From the NCBI GenBank assembly GCA_001779315.1, contig MFJU01000042.1:747-64746 (forward strand): a stretch of 64,000 nt of DNA. The letters run 5' to 3'. Positions 54,001 through 63,703 of this stretch are shown piece by piece. The notes under the pieces are model-generated. The model made no database searches and was not told the origin of the DNA. It saw nothing but the letters and a program-made list of their open reading frames with translations. Both the position numbers and the translations under genes were made by a program. The DNA is from Candidatus Gottesmanbacteria bacterium RIFCSPLOWO2_01_FULL_42_22 (GTDB taxonomy: Bacteria > Patescibacteriota > Microgenomatia > 2-02-FULL-39-11). Within the stretch, counting starts at the first letter, position 1. Every line of letters starts with the position of its first letter.

Positions 54001-54564
54001 ATGGGAAAAACACCCGCCAAGCTTGCCCACAGAATTATCACCATCTCCGGTAGGGTAGCCAGCGGCGCCACAACTCTCTCCAGGCATCTTGCTCATAAAC
54101 TTAATTGGACCCTTTGGAACGGCGGGGAAATATACCGCAAATATTCCAAAGATGCTGATATTCCTTTGGAGAGGACTGATCTGTCAGCGGATGATTACCA
54201 TTTAAAACTGGATAATTATATTAAGGAAAAACTTAAAACGGAAAAAAATTTAATCATGGAATCATGGTTGTCAGGATTTAATGCCCAAGGCATCGCAGGA
54301 ATTTTTAAAATATTCGTCATCTGTTCGGTCGATTCCGTCAGAGTGGACAGGTTGGTCAACAGGGAAAATATTACCATCGATGCGGCTAAAGAGCATCTTA
54401 AAAGGCGGGAAGAAGAGAATTTTAAAAAATGGCAAAGGTTATATAAAACGGCTAATTTCTGGAACCGGCGGTTTTATGATCTTGTTATTGATACCTACAC
54501 CAACGGACCCACCCAAACCCTGGAAATTGCCCTCCGGGCAATCAGCTATTACCCCCCAAACTAA
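54001..54564 (+). CDS. cytidylate-kinase-like family protein with degenerate P-loop
   Basis: ITISGRVASGATTLS at the Walker A position, Lys replaced. Confidence 0.5.
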   Translation: MGKTPAKLAHRIITISGRVASGATTLSRHLAHKLNWTLWNGGEIYRKYSKDADIPLERTDLSADDYHLKLDNYIKEKLKTEKNLIMESWLSGFNAQGIAGIFKIFVICSVDSVRVDRLVNRENITIDAAKEHLKRREEENFKKWQRLYKTANFWNRRFYDLVIDTYTNGPTQTLEIALRAISYYPPN

Positions 54565-54573
54565 ATAACCGGA

Positions 54574-54606
54574 GGTGTCTAGCAAGTGCACCCGGGGGGT
54601 GAACAG
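54574..54606. repeat. imperfect direct repeat of the 55057-55091 element (GGTGTCTAGCAAGTGCACCCGGGGGGTGAACAG)
   Basis: Shares GGTGT(GT)CTAGC(A/T)AG...CAC...GGTG(TG)AACAG with the copy on the other side of dtd. Confidence 0.45.
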
Positions 54607-55037
54607 ATCATTAGAGTTACCGGACCGTCGTTAACCAGTTCAATTTGCATAAAAGCTCCGAAACGGCCACTAGCCACTTTTTTCACTCCCTGTTTTTTAA
54701 GACATTCGATAAAATACTCATATAATTTTTCCGCTTTGGCCGGTTCCGCGCTATTGATAAATGACGGCCGCCGGCCGGCAGAAGTATCGGCATAGAGAGT
54801 AAACTGGCTGACCGCTAATATTTCACCGGTAACATCCAAAACAGACAGATTCATCTTATTTTCTTTATCCGACATAATTCGAAGATTGACCGTCTTTACA
54901 GCTAAATTTTCAGCGTCTTTTTCATTATCATCTTTGGCAACACCCACCAGAACCAAAAGGCCTTTAGCAATTTCGCCTAAAAGAGTTCCTTCTGCCGATA
55001 CTTTTGCCCGGCTGACTCTCTGGATCAGAATTCTCAT
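54579..55037 (-). CDS. dtd: D-aminoacyl-tRNA deacylase
   Basis: MRILIQRV...SQFTL...NDGPVT motifs; C-terminus runs into a flanking repeat. Confidence 0.8.
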   Translation of the reverse strand: MRILIQRVSRAKVSAEGTLLGEIAKGLLVLVGVAKDDNEKDAENLAVKTVNLRIMSDKENKMNLSVLDVTGEILAVSQFTLYADTSAGRRPSFINSAEPAKAEKLYEYFIECLKKQGVKKVASGRFGAFMQIELVNDGPVTLMICSPPGCTC

Positions 55038-55047
55038 AACATACTAA

Positions 55048-55091
55048 GACACACCAGGTGTGTCTAGCTAGCACACACCTGGTGTGAACAG
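55048..55091. promoter_or_regulatory. pair of CACACC-N-GGTGTG palindromes upstream of dtd / downstream of the pilin gene
   Basis: GACACACCAGGTGTGTC (55048-55064) and CACACCTGGTGTG (55074-55086). A related 33-bp direct repeat lies at 54574-54606. Confidence 0.45.
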
Positions 55092-55112
55092 TTTGCTTAA
55101 AAAATTAATTCC

Positions 55113-55577
55113 TTATCTGGTTACAGAAATATCAACGGCTGGTATTTCGGTAAAAGGCGCCGAGACTGTTACCCTATTATCTGCTGTTTGCACAACCTGA
55201 TATCCGGTGTTATAGGCTGATCCTACCGTACAGTCTGTAATATTGTTTCCTCCAAGAGATGGATCTGGATCTTGTGGAAGAGCAGCAATATAGCGGGTGA
55301 TCAGATCCGTGCAAATATTGGCACCGGCTTCACTGATATTTTGGGCAGTGCCTGTAATACCAACTGGTAGAGCTCCCTTGTTATCTGCTGCATACTGATG
55401 GATGGCGTTTAAAATAGTATTAACATCACTGGCTCTTTTTGTGTCATTCGCCTGGGAGAATTGCCTGGCCGGATTAATGGCGATTAAGGTGATAGCCAAA
55501 AGCGTGGCCAGAATTCCGATAACAACCAGGAGTTCGATTAAGGTAAAACCCCGGTTGCGGGCAGAGAATTTTTTCAA
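55113..55577 (-). CDS. type IV pilin (PilA-like)
   Basis: Prepilin leader and GFTLIELLVVIGI N-terminal helix. Confidence 0.7.
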   Translation of the reverse strand: MKKFSARNRGFTLIELLVVIGILATLLAITLIAINPARQFSQANDTKRASDVNTILNAIHQYAADNKGALPVGITGTAQNISEAGANICTDLITRYIAALPQDPDPSLGGNNITDCTVGSAYNTGYQVVQTADNRVTVSAPFTEIPAVDISVTR

Positions 55578-55675
55578 AATTAATCACCCCCCTTCGCCCC
55601 GATTTAATCGGGGCAAATCCTTCTATTTCCAGGCTACTATGGATTTGAGCTTGTTGTCAAGATGAATTAGCAATT

Positions 55676-56359
55676 TTATCCGGCTGACTGACGGTAGAGC
55701 ATAAAAAGCAGAAAGGAAAAAAGCAGGACAAAGACACCCAGAAGGAGGTAAACCCGGTTTAAACCCATGACCTTTTTTTCCGGTTCTTTCGGTTTGTGTG
55801 CTTCCTCTGCCAAACCGGCGATCATAGTCTGCTCTTTGAGGTAATCAGTTTTGGCCAATAAAAAACCGACGGACGGTGCATCTAAAGTCGTAAGATTCAT
55901 GCCGGTTACAGAAGACGGAATGACTGTAAAAACGGTAAAACCGCGATTTTTGAAAGTTTCCATAAATACCTGCAGAAAATCAATATTGGCGGCCGATAGC
56001 AAAAACCCTTTTTCCAGTTTGTAAATCTTATGAACATTATTTTCGAAAGGCAGATGATAAAGGAAATCTTCGATGATATTTTTCTGAAGATCCTCTTTCT
56101 CTTCGCTGAAATTTTTTTCAAAGGTAATCTGGGGGGATAAAATAAAGATGAGCCTGGCCGGAGGCAGTTTGTGGTAATTGATAAAAAGCTTCAATTGCAT
56201 TTCCAGCTCTTTACTGTTGACAATTTCCATAAACCTAACCAGTTTGTCCGGGTAATTATAGACGGCTATTTGGTTGTTTACCGAGTTAAAATAAACGAGT
56301 TTGTCTCTGTCCAAAAAAACAACGGCTAAATTTTGAAGGCTTTTCATATCAGGGAACAT
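55676..56359 (-). CDS. hypothetical pilus-associated protein with C-terminal TM anchor
   Basis: Position in the pilus operon; one TM helix. Confidence 0.3.
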   Translation of the reverse strand: MFPDMKSLQNLAVVFLDRDKLVYFNSVNNQIAVYNYPDKLVRFMEIVNSKELEMQLKLFINYHKLPPARLIFILSPQITFEKNFSEEKEDLQKNIIEDFLYHLPFENNVHKIYKLEKGFLLSAANIDFLQVFMETFKNRGFTVFTVIPSSVTGMNLTTLDAPSVGFLLAKTDYLKEQTMIAGLAEEAHKPKEPEKKVMGLNRVYLLLGVFVLLFSFLLFMLYRQSAG

Positions 56360-56729
56360 CCTTCCAAGAGATTAGGCTGATTATATTATTATTCAAATTA
56401 AGATTTACCTCCACCCTTTTTTTCTTATTGCCGTAGTTGGCTTGGGCTGAAACAGTCTTGTCGGTTAATCCTGTAACGGTGATTTGGCAGTTTCCCTCAT
56501 TGATATCCAGTGATTCTCCCGAATAGGCAGGATTGCGGATAAGGCGGATAATGGCATTTTCAATACAGGAATCGGCAATGGATTTGGCACTGTCACCTGA
56601 AATTAATAAAGTCGATGAGGCAGAACCCAGAATCATTAAAGATACGGCCGCCGTGATAACGGTGACAGCCAAAACCATCAGAAACATTAATATTACCAGA
56701 GCGAATCCGCCCGAATTATTTTTTTTCAT
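56349..56729 (-). CDS. pseudopilin-like protein
   Basis: N-terminal hydrophobic helix GFALVILMFLMVLAV. Confidence 0.4.
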   Translation of the reverse strand: MKKNNSGGFALVILMFLMVLAVTVITAAVSLMILGSASSTLLISGDSAKSIADSCIENAIIRLIRNPAYSGESLDINEGNCQITVTGLTDKTVSAQANYGNKKKRVEVNLNLNNNIISLISWKDVP

Positions 56730-57211
56730 CTTAAAGATGCGGTTAAAGCGTAATTTGCAGTTCTCGCCTCTCCCGCTTCCAAAATCAGACTTTGCAATTC
56801 AAATTCTATTTTGACAGCCGGTTTTCCCGTAATATTGCCGATTCTTCTGACTGTAAAACTGTTTAAAGCCGTACCATAGCCGTTTAATTTTCCGCTGACA
56901 ATACCATTATTATAGAAAAGATTGGATCCTGAAAGGAAAAAATCGTGTGTCTGGCCTGCCTGTTCGAGAGAAATATCGGATGCGACATCTCCGGGATTAG
57001 CCGGAACTTGGATATTATCGGCCTGATATATTTCATTGGTCAGTTTTTTAATAATAAACATGGCGTCCTGGGAGCTTAAAGAGGTGGAAGCCGATTCTTT
57101 TTGCAGATCAAGAACTGAGGCGATCAGCTGAGCGACAATAATCAGAAAGGAAAAAAGCAGAAAACCATAGAGAATTGTTTCGATTAAGGTTGAGCCTTTA
57201 TTGAATTTCAT
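56726..57211 (-). CDS. minor pilin/pseudopilin
   Basis: STLIETILYGFLLFSFLII prepilin-like N-terminus. Confidence 0.5.
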   Translation of the reverse strand: MKFNKGSTLIETILYGFLLFSFLIIVAQLIASVLDLQKESASTSLSSQDAMFIIKKLTNEIYQADNIQVPANPGDVASDISLEQAGQTHDFFLSGSNLFYNNGIVSGKLNGYGTALNSFTVRRIGNITGKPAVKIEFELQSLILEAGEARTANYALTASLR

Positions 57212-59133
57212 GGTGAATAATTGACGGAAACATCATATAACACCGGACTGAAAGATGAATCCGCTGATGTCAGTTCGGCCTTGTAGCGAAAACACCTGCC
57301 GGGATTAACATATGGTAGATTTATAATCAATGGTATGGGACCGGCCGCGCTAAAATAAGTATCAGCCGCTCCGTCTGGTCCGACGTATGAATATTGCGCT
57401 TCCGAACAGTTATTATTGACAGCTTCTGAAGAAGCTACCTGGAGAGCGAGACTGGTTTGGGTAGGCCGGTCAAAATTAAAGTCAAAGCGGTTGAAAGCAA
57501 CGGTTTGGCCGGCATCAAACGGCGCAGATTCAAAAGTTCCCTGTGAGGAATACTCACCGCCGGGTCCGCCGGCAATTATTTTAAGTTCGGAAGTTGAATC
57601 ACCGGTGATGATATAAGAATAGGCATCCCCGTCCGTTTCCAGAACGGAGAAGACTCCGTTGATACCTGAATCAATATTTAAACCGCCGCATCTGGACAGA
57701 GGAGGATTAACCGATTCACTCGAAATATTAATAACCTGATATTCTTCGCCTCCGGTTCCGACCAAGATAGCCCTGTTTCCGGGAACAACGGTAATACCCT
57801 GCGGATTCATACCGTTGGCTTCATAAACTGCCACAACCTGCCTTTGCCCGCTTTTATTTTCAATATCAAGAACAAACAACTCAAACTTGTTAGATGATGC
57901 TTCCGTAGCCAAATATGCCCGGGTGGCTGAAGAATTGACAAAAATGTCTTTGCCGTCGTCAGCATTCAAATTTGCCCAACCGACGATGTTTAAAGTTTGG
58001 CCCCCGTTTGTAACCTCAATAATTTGCATCTGGGTTGTCTCGGATTCCACGGCCACATAAGCATAATTACCCAAAACGATAACCTGTTCACCTTTTCCGG
58101 CTAAAGCAACAGAGCCTAATTTCAGTCTGGAGCCTGTTTTTAAGTCTAAATTAAACGTATACAGGGTGTTGCCGGCAGTGGCAAAACCGATATTGCCCGA
58201 TGTAAAAACACTTTCTCCGTCTGTAATCCCCGGAGCATCAAAAAAACCGACCTCGGCAAATTTTCCGTTAACCTGGTTATTTAAATCCATAATGACAATT
58301 TCTTTACTGTTGGTGTCTGTAGCTATGTAAGCATAATTTTCTTCACCAAAGACATCATTGGTTTTATAGCCGTCAAATGTCCCGTTAATCGTGCCCGAAG
58401 GCGATGAGGGTGGAGGCGGATTGCTGATATCAACCCGGGCAAAAGACACCCCCGAAGCATTATTGCCGGTACCGGCCACGACCTGACCTTCGATGGCGGA
58501 CACGGCGTTGGCGACACCGTTTTTGGGTAAATCGACAGCTTCGATAGAAAGATTGGGATCACACCAGCTGGATATACCGCCTGAACCGAGCATAATTTCT
58601 CCTCCTAAATCAGCAGAAATAACCGTACCCGTCAGGCTGCCTTTCTCAAAATCAGCCACCGAAGTTTCCGTATGTGATCCGTTATTAAGGAATCTTGTTA
58701 AATACCATGTTTGGGAAATATTGCCCGAGTGAGGCAAAGACCAGCTGACGTCAACCGTTATTTTTTTCGTCGAAGGATCGCTAGTGCCGCTTGCAGATAA
58801 TACGCCTGCGCTATCCCTGAGAGCGTCTTCAATGGTAAGTGCCCTGGTAAAGCCGTTGATTGTTTCGGGACCGCTGTTTAAAACAAAGCTGTTAGCGGAG
58901 ACGGCCGGATGATAGCTGCCGTTTACTTCGATTTCATGCCAATTGCGCTCCCTTATCATTCTGACTGCTTCTTCCGCTTCCCGAGTCAGGGAAAAAGCAT
59001 TTAACCTTTGGGCGAGCATGCTTCGGCCGTCTCTTCCGGCTATAATCCCGGAAAAAAGGGCGGGAAAGAGAATAGCCATTAAAGTCACAGCTACTAAAAG
59101 TTCAATAATCGACTGGCCTTGGGTTTTCAGCAT
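57208..59133 (-). CDS. large minor pilin / pilus tip adhesin-like protein (641 aa)
   Basis: Prepilin-like QSIIELLVAVTLMAIL N-terminus followed by a large repeat-rich domain. Confidence 0.5.
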   Translation of the reverse strand: MLKTQGQSIIELLVAVTLMAILFPALFSGIIAGRDGRSMLAQRLNAFSLTREAEEAVRMIRERNWHEIEVNGSYHPAVSANSFVLNSGPETINGFTRALTIEDALRDSAGVLSASGTSDPSTKKITVDVSWSLPHSGNISQTWYLTRFLNNGSHTETSVADFEKGSLTGTVISADLGGEIMLGSGGISSWCDPNLSIEAVDLPKNGVANAVSAIEGQVVAGTGNNASGVSFARVDISNPPPPSSPSGTINGTFDGYKTNDVFGEENYAYIATDTNSKEIVIMDLNNQVNGKFAEVGFFDAPGITDGESVFTSGNIGFATAGNTLYTFNLDLKTGSRLKLGSVALAGKGEQVIVLGNYAYVAVESETTQMQIIEVTNGGQTLNIVGWANLNADDGKDIFVNSSATRAYLATEASSNKFELFVLDIENKSGQRQVVAVYEANGMNPQGITVVPGNRAILVGTGGEEYQVINISSESVNPPLSRCGGLNIDSGINGVFSVLETDGDAYSYIITGDSTSELKIIAGGPGGEYSSQGTFESAPFDAGQTVAFNRFDFNFDRPTQTSLALQVASSEAVNNNCSEAQYSYVGPDGAADTYFSAAGPIPLIINLPYVNPGRCFRYKAELTSADSSFSPVLYDVSVNYSP

Positions 59134-59134
59134 C

Positions 59135-59629
59135 TTAATTTACGGATATAACCGCCCCCCAGGCATTCAATGTCAGAGTTTGTCTGTCATTGGTAATGCT
59201 GTTTGATAAAGAAAGCGTATTTTGTCCGGAATCATAAGCGGTCACTTCACCTGTCAGGGCAGAAAAAACTACGGACTGTTGGGGCAGATTTACATTATCG
59301 AACGTCAAATTATCATTTAAATTAACCGTAATGTTTGAAGGTGATGCGTCAGAATAAGACGTCCCTGAAAAAAGGGTATAAGAATTCGGGGAAAAATAAA
59401 TTCCATATGCGGAAGATATACCTTCGCTTGTTTGCCCTGCCAATGCTTTTAGCTGCTGATTTTTGATATCCGAAACCAGTGTCGTCATTTGGGTTGTCAG
59501 AGATGAATGTTCCGGGGTTTGGGAAATATTGACGGACAAAATTGCATATAAAACCAGGAGAATTGCCATGACGATAACCAGCTCTATGAGGGTAAATCCT
59601 TTTTGATGCGGGAAAGGTTTTTTTTTCAT
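59135..59629 (-). CDS. pilin/pseudopilin
   Basis: KGFTLIELVIVMAILLVL prepilin N-terminus. Confidence 0.55.
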   Translation of the reverse strand: MKKKPFPHQKGFTLIELVIVMAILLVLYAILSVNISQTPEHSSLTTQMTTLVSDIKNQQLKALAGQTSEGISSAYGIYFSPNSYTLFSGTSYSDASPSNITVNLNDNLTFDNVNLPQQSVVFSALTGEVTAYDSGQNTLSLSNSITNDRQTLTLNAWGAVISVN

Positions 59630-59634
59630 TAAAA

Positions 59635-60687
59635 TTATCTGACGCCTACCTGGCCGATAAGACCGTAAATAGGAGCAATAATGGCCATCATCATACCTCC
59701 GACCAGAACGCCGACAACCAAAAGCATGACAGGTTCGAGAAGTGCGGTGAACATTCTCAATGAATTGGAGACCTGGTAGTCCATATATTCGGAGATATCC
59801 TGCATGGATTTTTCCAAAGCTCCGCTTTTTTCACCAACCTCCATCAGTTTAACCATGATTGAAGGAATAACCCCTTTTGATTCTTTAAAACCTTCCGATA
59901 ATTTTTGTCCGGAAGCCACCATTTCTGCCGAATTACTGATGACTTTGTAAGTATCCCGGCTGATGACCACATCCTTTGACAGATCAAGAGCGTTAATGAT
60001 CGGTACACCGGCATGAAGAAGCAGGGAAAAACTTCTGGAAAATCTGGTCAGGTCGATTTCCCTGACCAGATTGGAGATGATGGGAAGATGATAGAGAGGA
60101 GAGAGGATTGTTTGGCGGTGTTTTTTGAAAAGATAAATGACGATAACAGCCAGCCCCGTCAAAACAGCTAACAGTGCCAAGGTATTATTAACTACCAAAT
60201 CAGAGAGTCTAATCAATATTTTGGTCGGCAAAGGCAAATCCATGCGTAATCTTAAAAAAACGGAAGAGATTTTGGGCACGACGACAACCAGCATCAAAAG
60301 AAGCACTCCGGCAAAAACCAGGCCGATTAAAAAAGGATAAATCATGGCAGATTTCACTTTATCTGAAAATTCCATCTCTTTCTGGATATTTTTTTTCAGA
60401 TCATGAAGAGTAGTTTCCAGCGTTCCGGCTTCCTCAGAAGCTTTAAGCAAATTAACGGTCACTTTGTCAAAAACCAGCGGAAACCTGGTAAATGACTGGT
60501 AAAGATGGTTTCCCTGGATGATGTCTTCCCTGACAATTTCCAGAAATTTTTTATGCTTGCCACGGGCATCCTCCAAAAGAGCGTCAATTGCTTCCAGAAT
60601 GGATATGCCGGCAGTGAGCATGGTAGACAGATTTTGGATAAAGGAAATCTTCTCACCGTTTGACAAGCTGATAGAAGATGATTTCAT
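59635..60687 (-). CDS. pilC: type IV pilus assembly platform protein PilC (GspF family)
   Basis: Two T2SSF repeats, 3-4 TM helices. Confidence 0.8.
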   Translation of the reverse strand: MKSSSISLSNGEKISFIQNLSTMLTAGISILEAIDALLEDARGKHKKFLEIVREDIIQGNHLYQSFTRFPLVFDKVTVNLLKASEEAGTLETTLHDLKKNIQKEMEFSDKVKSAMIYPFLIGLVFAGVLLLMLVVVVPKISSVFLRLRMDLPLPTKILIRLSDLVVNNTLALLAVLTGLAVIVIYLFKKHRQTILSPLYHLPIISNLVREIDLTRFSRSFSLLLHAGVPIINALDLSKDVVISRDTYKVISNSAEMVASGQKLSEGFKESKGVIPSIMVKLMEVGEKSGALEKSMQDISEYMDYQVSNSLRMFTALLEPVMLLVVGVLVGGMMMAIIAPIYGLIGQVGVR

Positions 60688-62369
60688 ACGGATTCCACTT
60701 TGGTTGCCCTAAGCACTTCTTCGATGGTGGTAATGCCCTGGGCGGCTTTATTAAGACCGTCTGCCAGCATGGTTTTCATGCCTTCTTTGATGGCTAGCCT
60801 GTTGATTTGATCAGCATCACAGCGTGTAGTTATCAATTTGCGGATTTCCGGTGAAATTTCCAAAGCTTCAAAAACACCGATTCTTCCTTCATAGCCGGTG
60901 TTATGGCAGATTTTGCAGCCGCGGCCTTTGTAAACCATCAGACTGTTTTGGTTGGGGAAAATTTGCAGAAGCATGTCCGACGGTATCTGCATTGCCAGTT
61001 CATTCATTGTCAAAGTAACTGGCATCCGGCACATGTCGCAAATTTTTCTGACCAGTCTTTGGGCGATGATGAGATTGACGGTGGAGGCTACCAGGAAAGG
61101 CTCAACGTTCATATCGATCAGTCTGGGGATGGAAGTCGCTGCATCATTGGTATGCAATGTCGAAAAAACTAAATGTCCGGTGAGAGCGGCATTAACGGCA
61201 ATACCGGCTGTTTCATTATCACGGATTTCACCGACAAAAATAACATTGGGATCCTGTCTTAATATGGATCGAAGACCATTGGCAAAGGTTAGATTAGTTT
61301 TGGTATTAACCTGTATCTGATTGGCTCCGGGAATACGGTATTCAATAGGATCTTCAATTGTCGTAATATTTCTTTCCCTGACATTGATTTGTTTAAGAAG
61401 AGTGTAAATAATGGTTGTTTTGCCTGATCCGGTAGGGCCAGTTGACAGGATCATGCCGTATGATTTGCCCAGCGCTTTGTTGATTTTTTTAAGTTCTGAA
61501 GTCTCAACACCGAGATTGGTCAGGCTGAATTGTTTTTTCTTTGATGAAAGGAGTCTTAAGACTGCTTTCTCTCCGTCGGCAACAGGGATCACCGAAACCC
61601 TGATATCCAAAACTTCATAAGGGGTGGTCAACCTCATTTTGCCGTCCTGGGCGCTCAAATGTTCATCAGTTCTCAATTTGCTCAAAACTTTGATACGGGC
61701 AATTATCCGGCCGTGTAAATTCTTCGGCAATCTCAAAGCATCATGCAGCAGGCCGTCAATGCGGAATCTGACCAGCGAGTCTTTCTCTTCCGGCTCGATA
61801 TGGATATCGGAGGCTTTATCCTCATAAGCATAATCAACTATGAGATCAAAGATTTTGGAGATAGGCGCTTCATCCACAATCAGGGCCTTGGTTTGGTCGA
61901 TTTCCTTATTGATAAGATTCTCACAGGCAGTCTGCAAATCCTTACGGAACAGTCTCAAGGCATTTTGTATATCTTTTTCGGTAGCGTAATAAGGAATTAC
62001 TTTCGAGCCTGTTTTTTTGGAGATCATCTCGATGGTTTTTTCATCCTCCGGATCATTCATGGCTACTTTTAGACCTTCGGCATCCTTGGCAAAGGCGATA
62101 GTTTTGAGTTTCCGCGCGACTTTTTCCGGAGTTACCTGAAACAATTCTTCAGGGATTGCTGTACGGGACAAAATAACAAAAGGAAAACCTAAGAATTGGG
62201 CAATCATCTGGCCGATATTCTCATCTGTCACGATATTTTTATCGAGAATGGCATCATAAAAACTGACATTGGAGCTTTTGGCCATAACAGCGATATCGTC
62301 GAGCTCGCTTTCCTTGGCCAGGGCGTTTTGAATTAAGAGAGTTTTGATTTGTGTATCGGGCAATAACAT
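60684..62369 (-). CDS. pilB: type IV pilus assembly ATPase PilB (GspE family)
   Basis: Walker A GPTGSGKTT, Asp/His boxes, tetracysteine CDMC...CKIC motif. Confidence 0.85.
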   Translation of the reverse strand: MLLPDTQIKTLLIQNALAKESELDDIAVMAKSSNVSFYDAILDKNIVTDENIGQMIAQFLGFPFVILSRTAIPEELFQVTPEKVARKLKTIAFAKDAEGLKVAMNDPEDEKTIEMISKKTGSKVIPYYATEKDIQNALRLFRKDLQTACENLINKEIDQTKALIVDEAPISKIFDLIVDYAYEDKASDIHIEPEEKDSLVRFRIDGLLHDALRLPKNLHGRIIARIKVLSKLRTDEHLSAQDGKMRLTTPYEVLDIRVSVIPVADGEKAVLRLLSSKKKQFSLTNLGVETSELKKINKALGKSYGMILSTGPTGSGKTTIIYTLLKQINVRERNITTIEDPIEYRIPGANQIQVNTKTNLTFANGLRSILRQDPNVIFVGEIRDNETAGIAVNAALTGHLVFSTLHTNDAATSIPRLIDMNVEPFLVASTVNLIIAQRLVRKICDMCRMPVTLTMNELAMQIPSDMLLQIFPNQNSLMVYKGRGCKICHNTGYEGRIGVFEALEISPEIRKLITTRCDADQINRLAIKEGMKTMLADGLNKAAQGITTIEEVLRATKVESV

Positions 62370-62449
62370 AAGGCAATCAAGGAGATGTTCATCTCCCTAC
62401 ATTTATAATAGAACAATTCGGGCAAGGTACGCTATACTGGTTATGTATT

Positions 62450-63655
62450 ATGGAAACACATTTTTTTATTCTGGGACGGTATCCTTCCCTTTCTCTGGCT
62501 GAAATAATAGCTGTTTTAGATCTGAAAAAGCTGCCGTATTCCCTTGATTTTCGATCTGTGGAGGCAGCCGTTTTTTCAGTAGGCTCGGAATTTAATTTAA
62601 AAGAGTTTTGTGCTGATTTAGGCGGTACTGTCAAATCGGGCAGGCTAATCGATAAGGTTTTATATAGCGATCCTGAAGACAGATTCCAAAATTTATTTTC
62701 CTCCACTTTTTTGAAAGACTCGGGCTTTATTGCCGGCAAAGGGAAAATTAAGTTTGCCATCAGTCTCTATGATTTAAATTCCGATCCCCTGTTATTGAAA
62801 AGACTGGAAAAAAGACTGACCGGTTTTCATGCCACCTTAAAAGATAATTTACAGGCACAAAATCTCAAAGTAGGCTTTATCAAGATCAAACACCGTTTCA
62901 CCTCCAGTGTTTCTTTGGTAAAGAACGGCGTTCTAAAAAACGGTTTTGAGATGAGTTTACTCGCCGGAAAGGAACAAATCATAGCCGGCCGGACATTATG
63001 GGTCCAGGATTACGAGAGTTTTACCCGCCGTGATTTTTTCAAACCTGCCAAAGATAAACGGTCAGGCATAATGCCGGTAAAACTGGCCAGGATGATGCTG
63101 AATTTAGCCGGAAAAGAGCGGAACTCGACCATAATGGATCCTTTTTCCGGTTCCGGAACTATTATTTTGGAAGCTTATGAGATGGGTTTTTTCAAAATTT
63201 TGGGAAGTGATATCAGTATCAAGGCCGTCAGCGATACCAAGCAAAATTTAGCCTGGTTGACCGGCTCAAAAATAGAAAATAAAGTCGGACTTTTAGTAAC
63301 TGATGTGGTACAACTCTCAACAAAAATTCCCCCGCAGTCGGTAGATGCCGTGGTGACAGAACCTTTTTTAGGCAAGCCTCTGCACAAAGTGCCCGATGTT
63401 TTTACGGTCAGGCAGATTTTTGCCGATCTTAAGCCGCTTTATATTGCCGCGTTTAAAAATTTTAATGCGGTTTTAAAAAAAGACGGAAGGATAGTTTTCA
63501 TATTCCCGGCTTTTCAGGTTAAAGGCAGCCTGATGTTGTTTGATATTGAACCTTTTTCAAATAACTTCAGATTGCTCTCCTCCCGCAGCACTTTTCTATA
63601 CCGGAGCAAAGATCAGTTTTTAATCCGGGAAATAGCTGTCTTTGCCAGGAAATAA
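62450..63655 (+). CDS. putative RNA (guanine-N2) methyltransferase, UPF0020/Trm11-like
   Basis: DPFSGSGTIILEA SAM motif and TEPFLG (D/NPPY-like) motif. Confidence 0.5.
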   Translation: METHFFILGRYPSLSLAEIIAVLDLKKLPYSLDFRSVEAAVFSVGSEFNLKEFCADLGGTVKSGRLIDKVLYSDPEDRFQNLFSSTFLKDSGFIAGKGKIKFAISLYDLNSDPLLLKRLEKRLTGFHATLKDNLQAQNLKVGFIKIKHRFTSSVSLVKNGVLKNGFEMSLLAGKEQIIAGRTLWVQDYESFTRRDFFKPAKDKRSGIMPVKLARMMLNLAGKERNSTIMDPFSGSGTIILEAYEMGFFKILGSDISIKAVSDTKQNLAWLTGSKIENKVGLLVTDVVQLSTKIPPQSVDAVVTEPFLGKPLHKVPDVFTVRQIFADLKPLYIAAFKNFNAVLKKDGRIVFIFPAFQVKGSLMLFDIEPFSNNFRLLSSRSTFLYRSKDQFLIREIAVFARK

Positions 63656-63703
63656 TATAATGGCTTTACATTTAGCTATTTTGAATTTATACTTTTGACT
63701 CCA

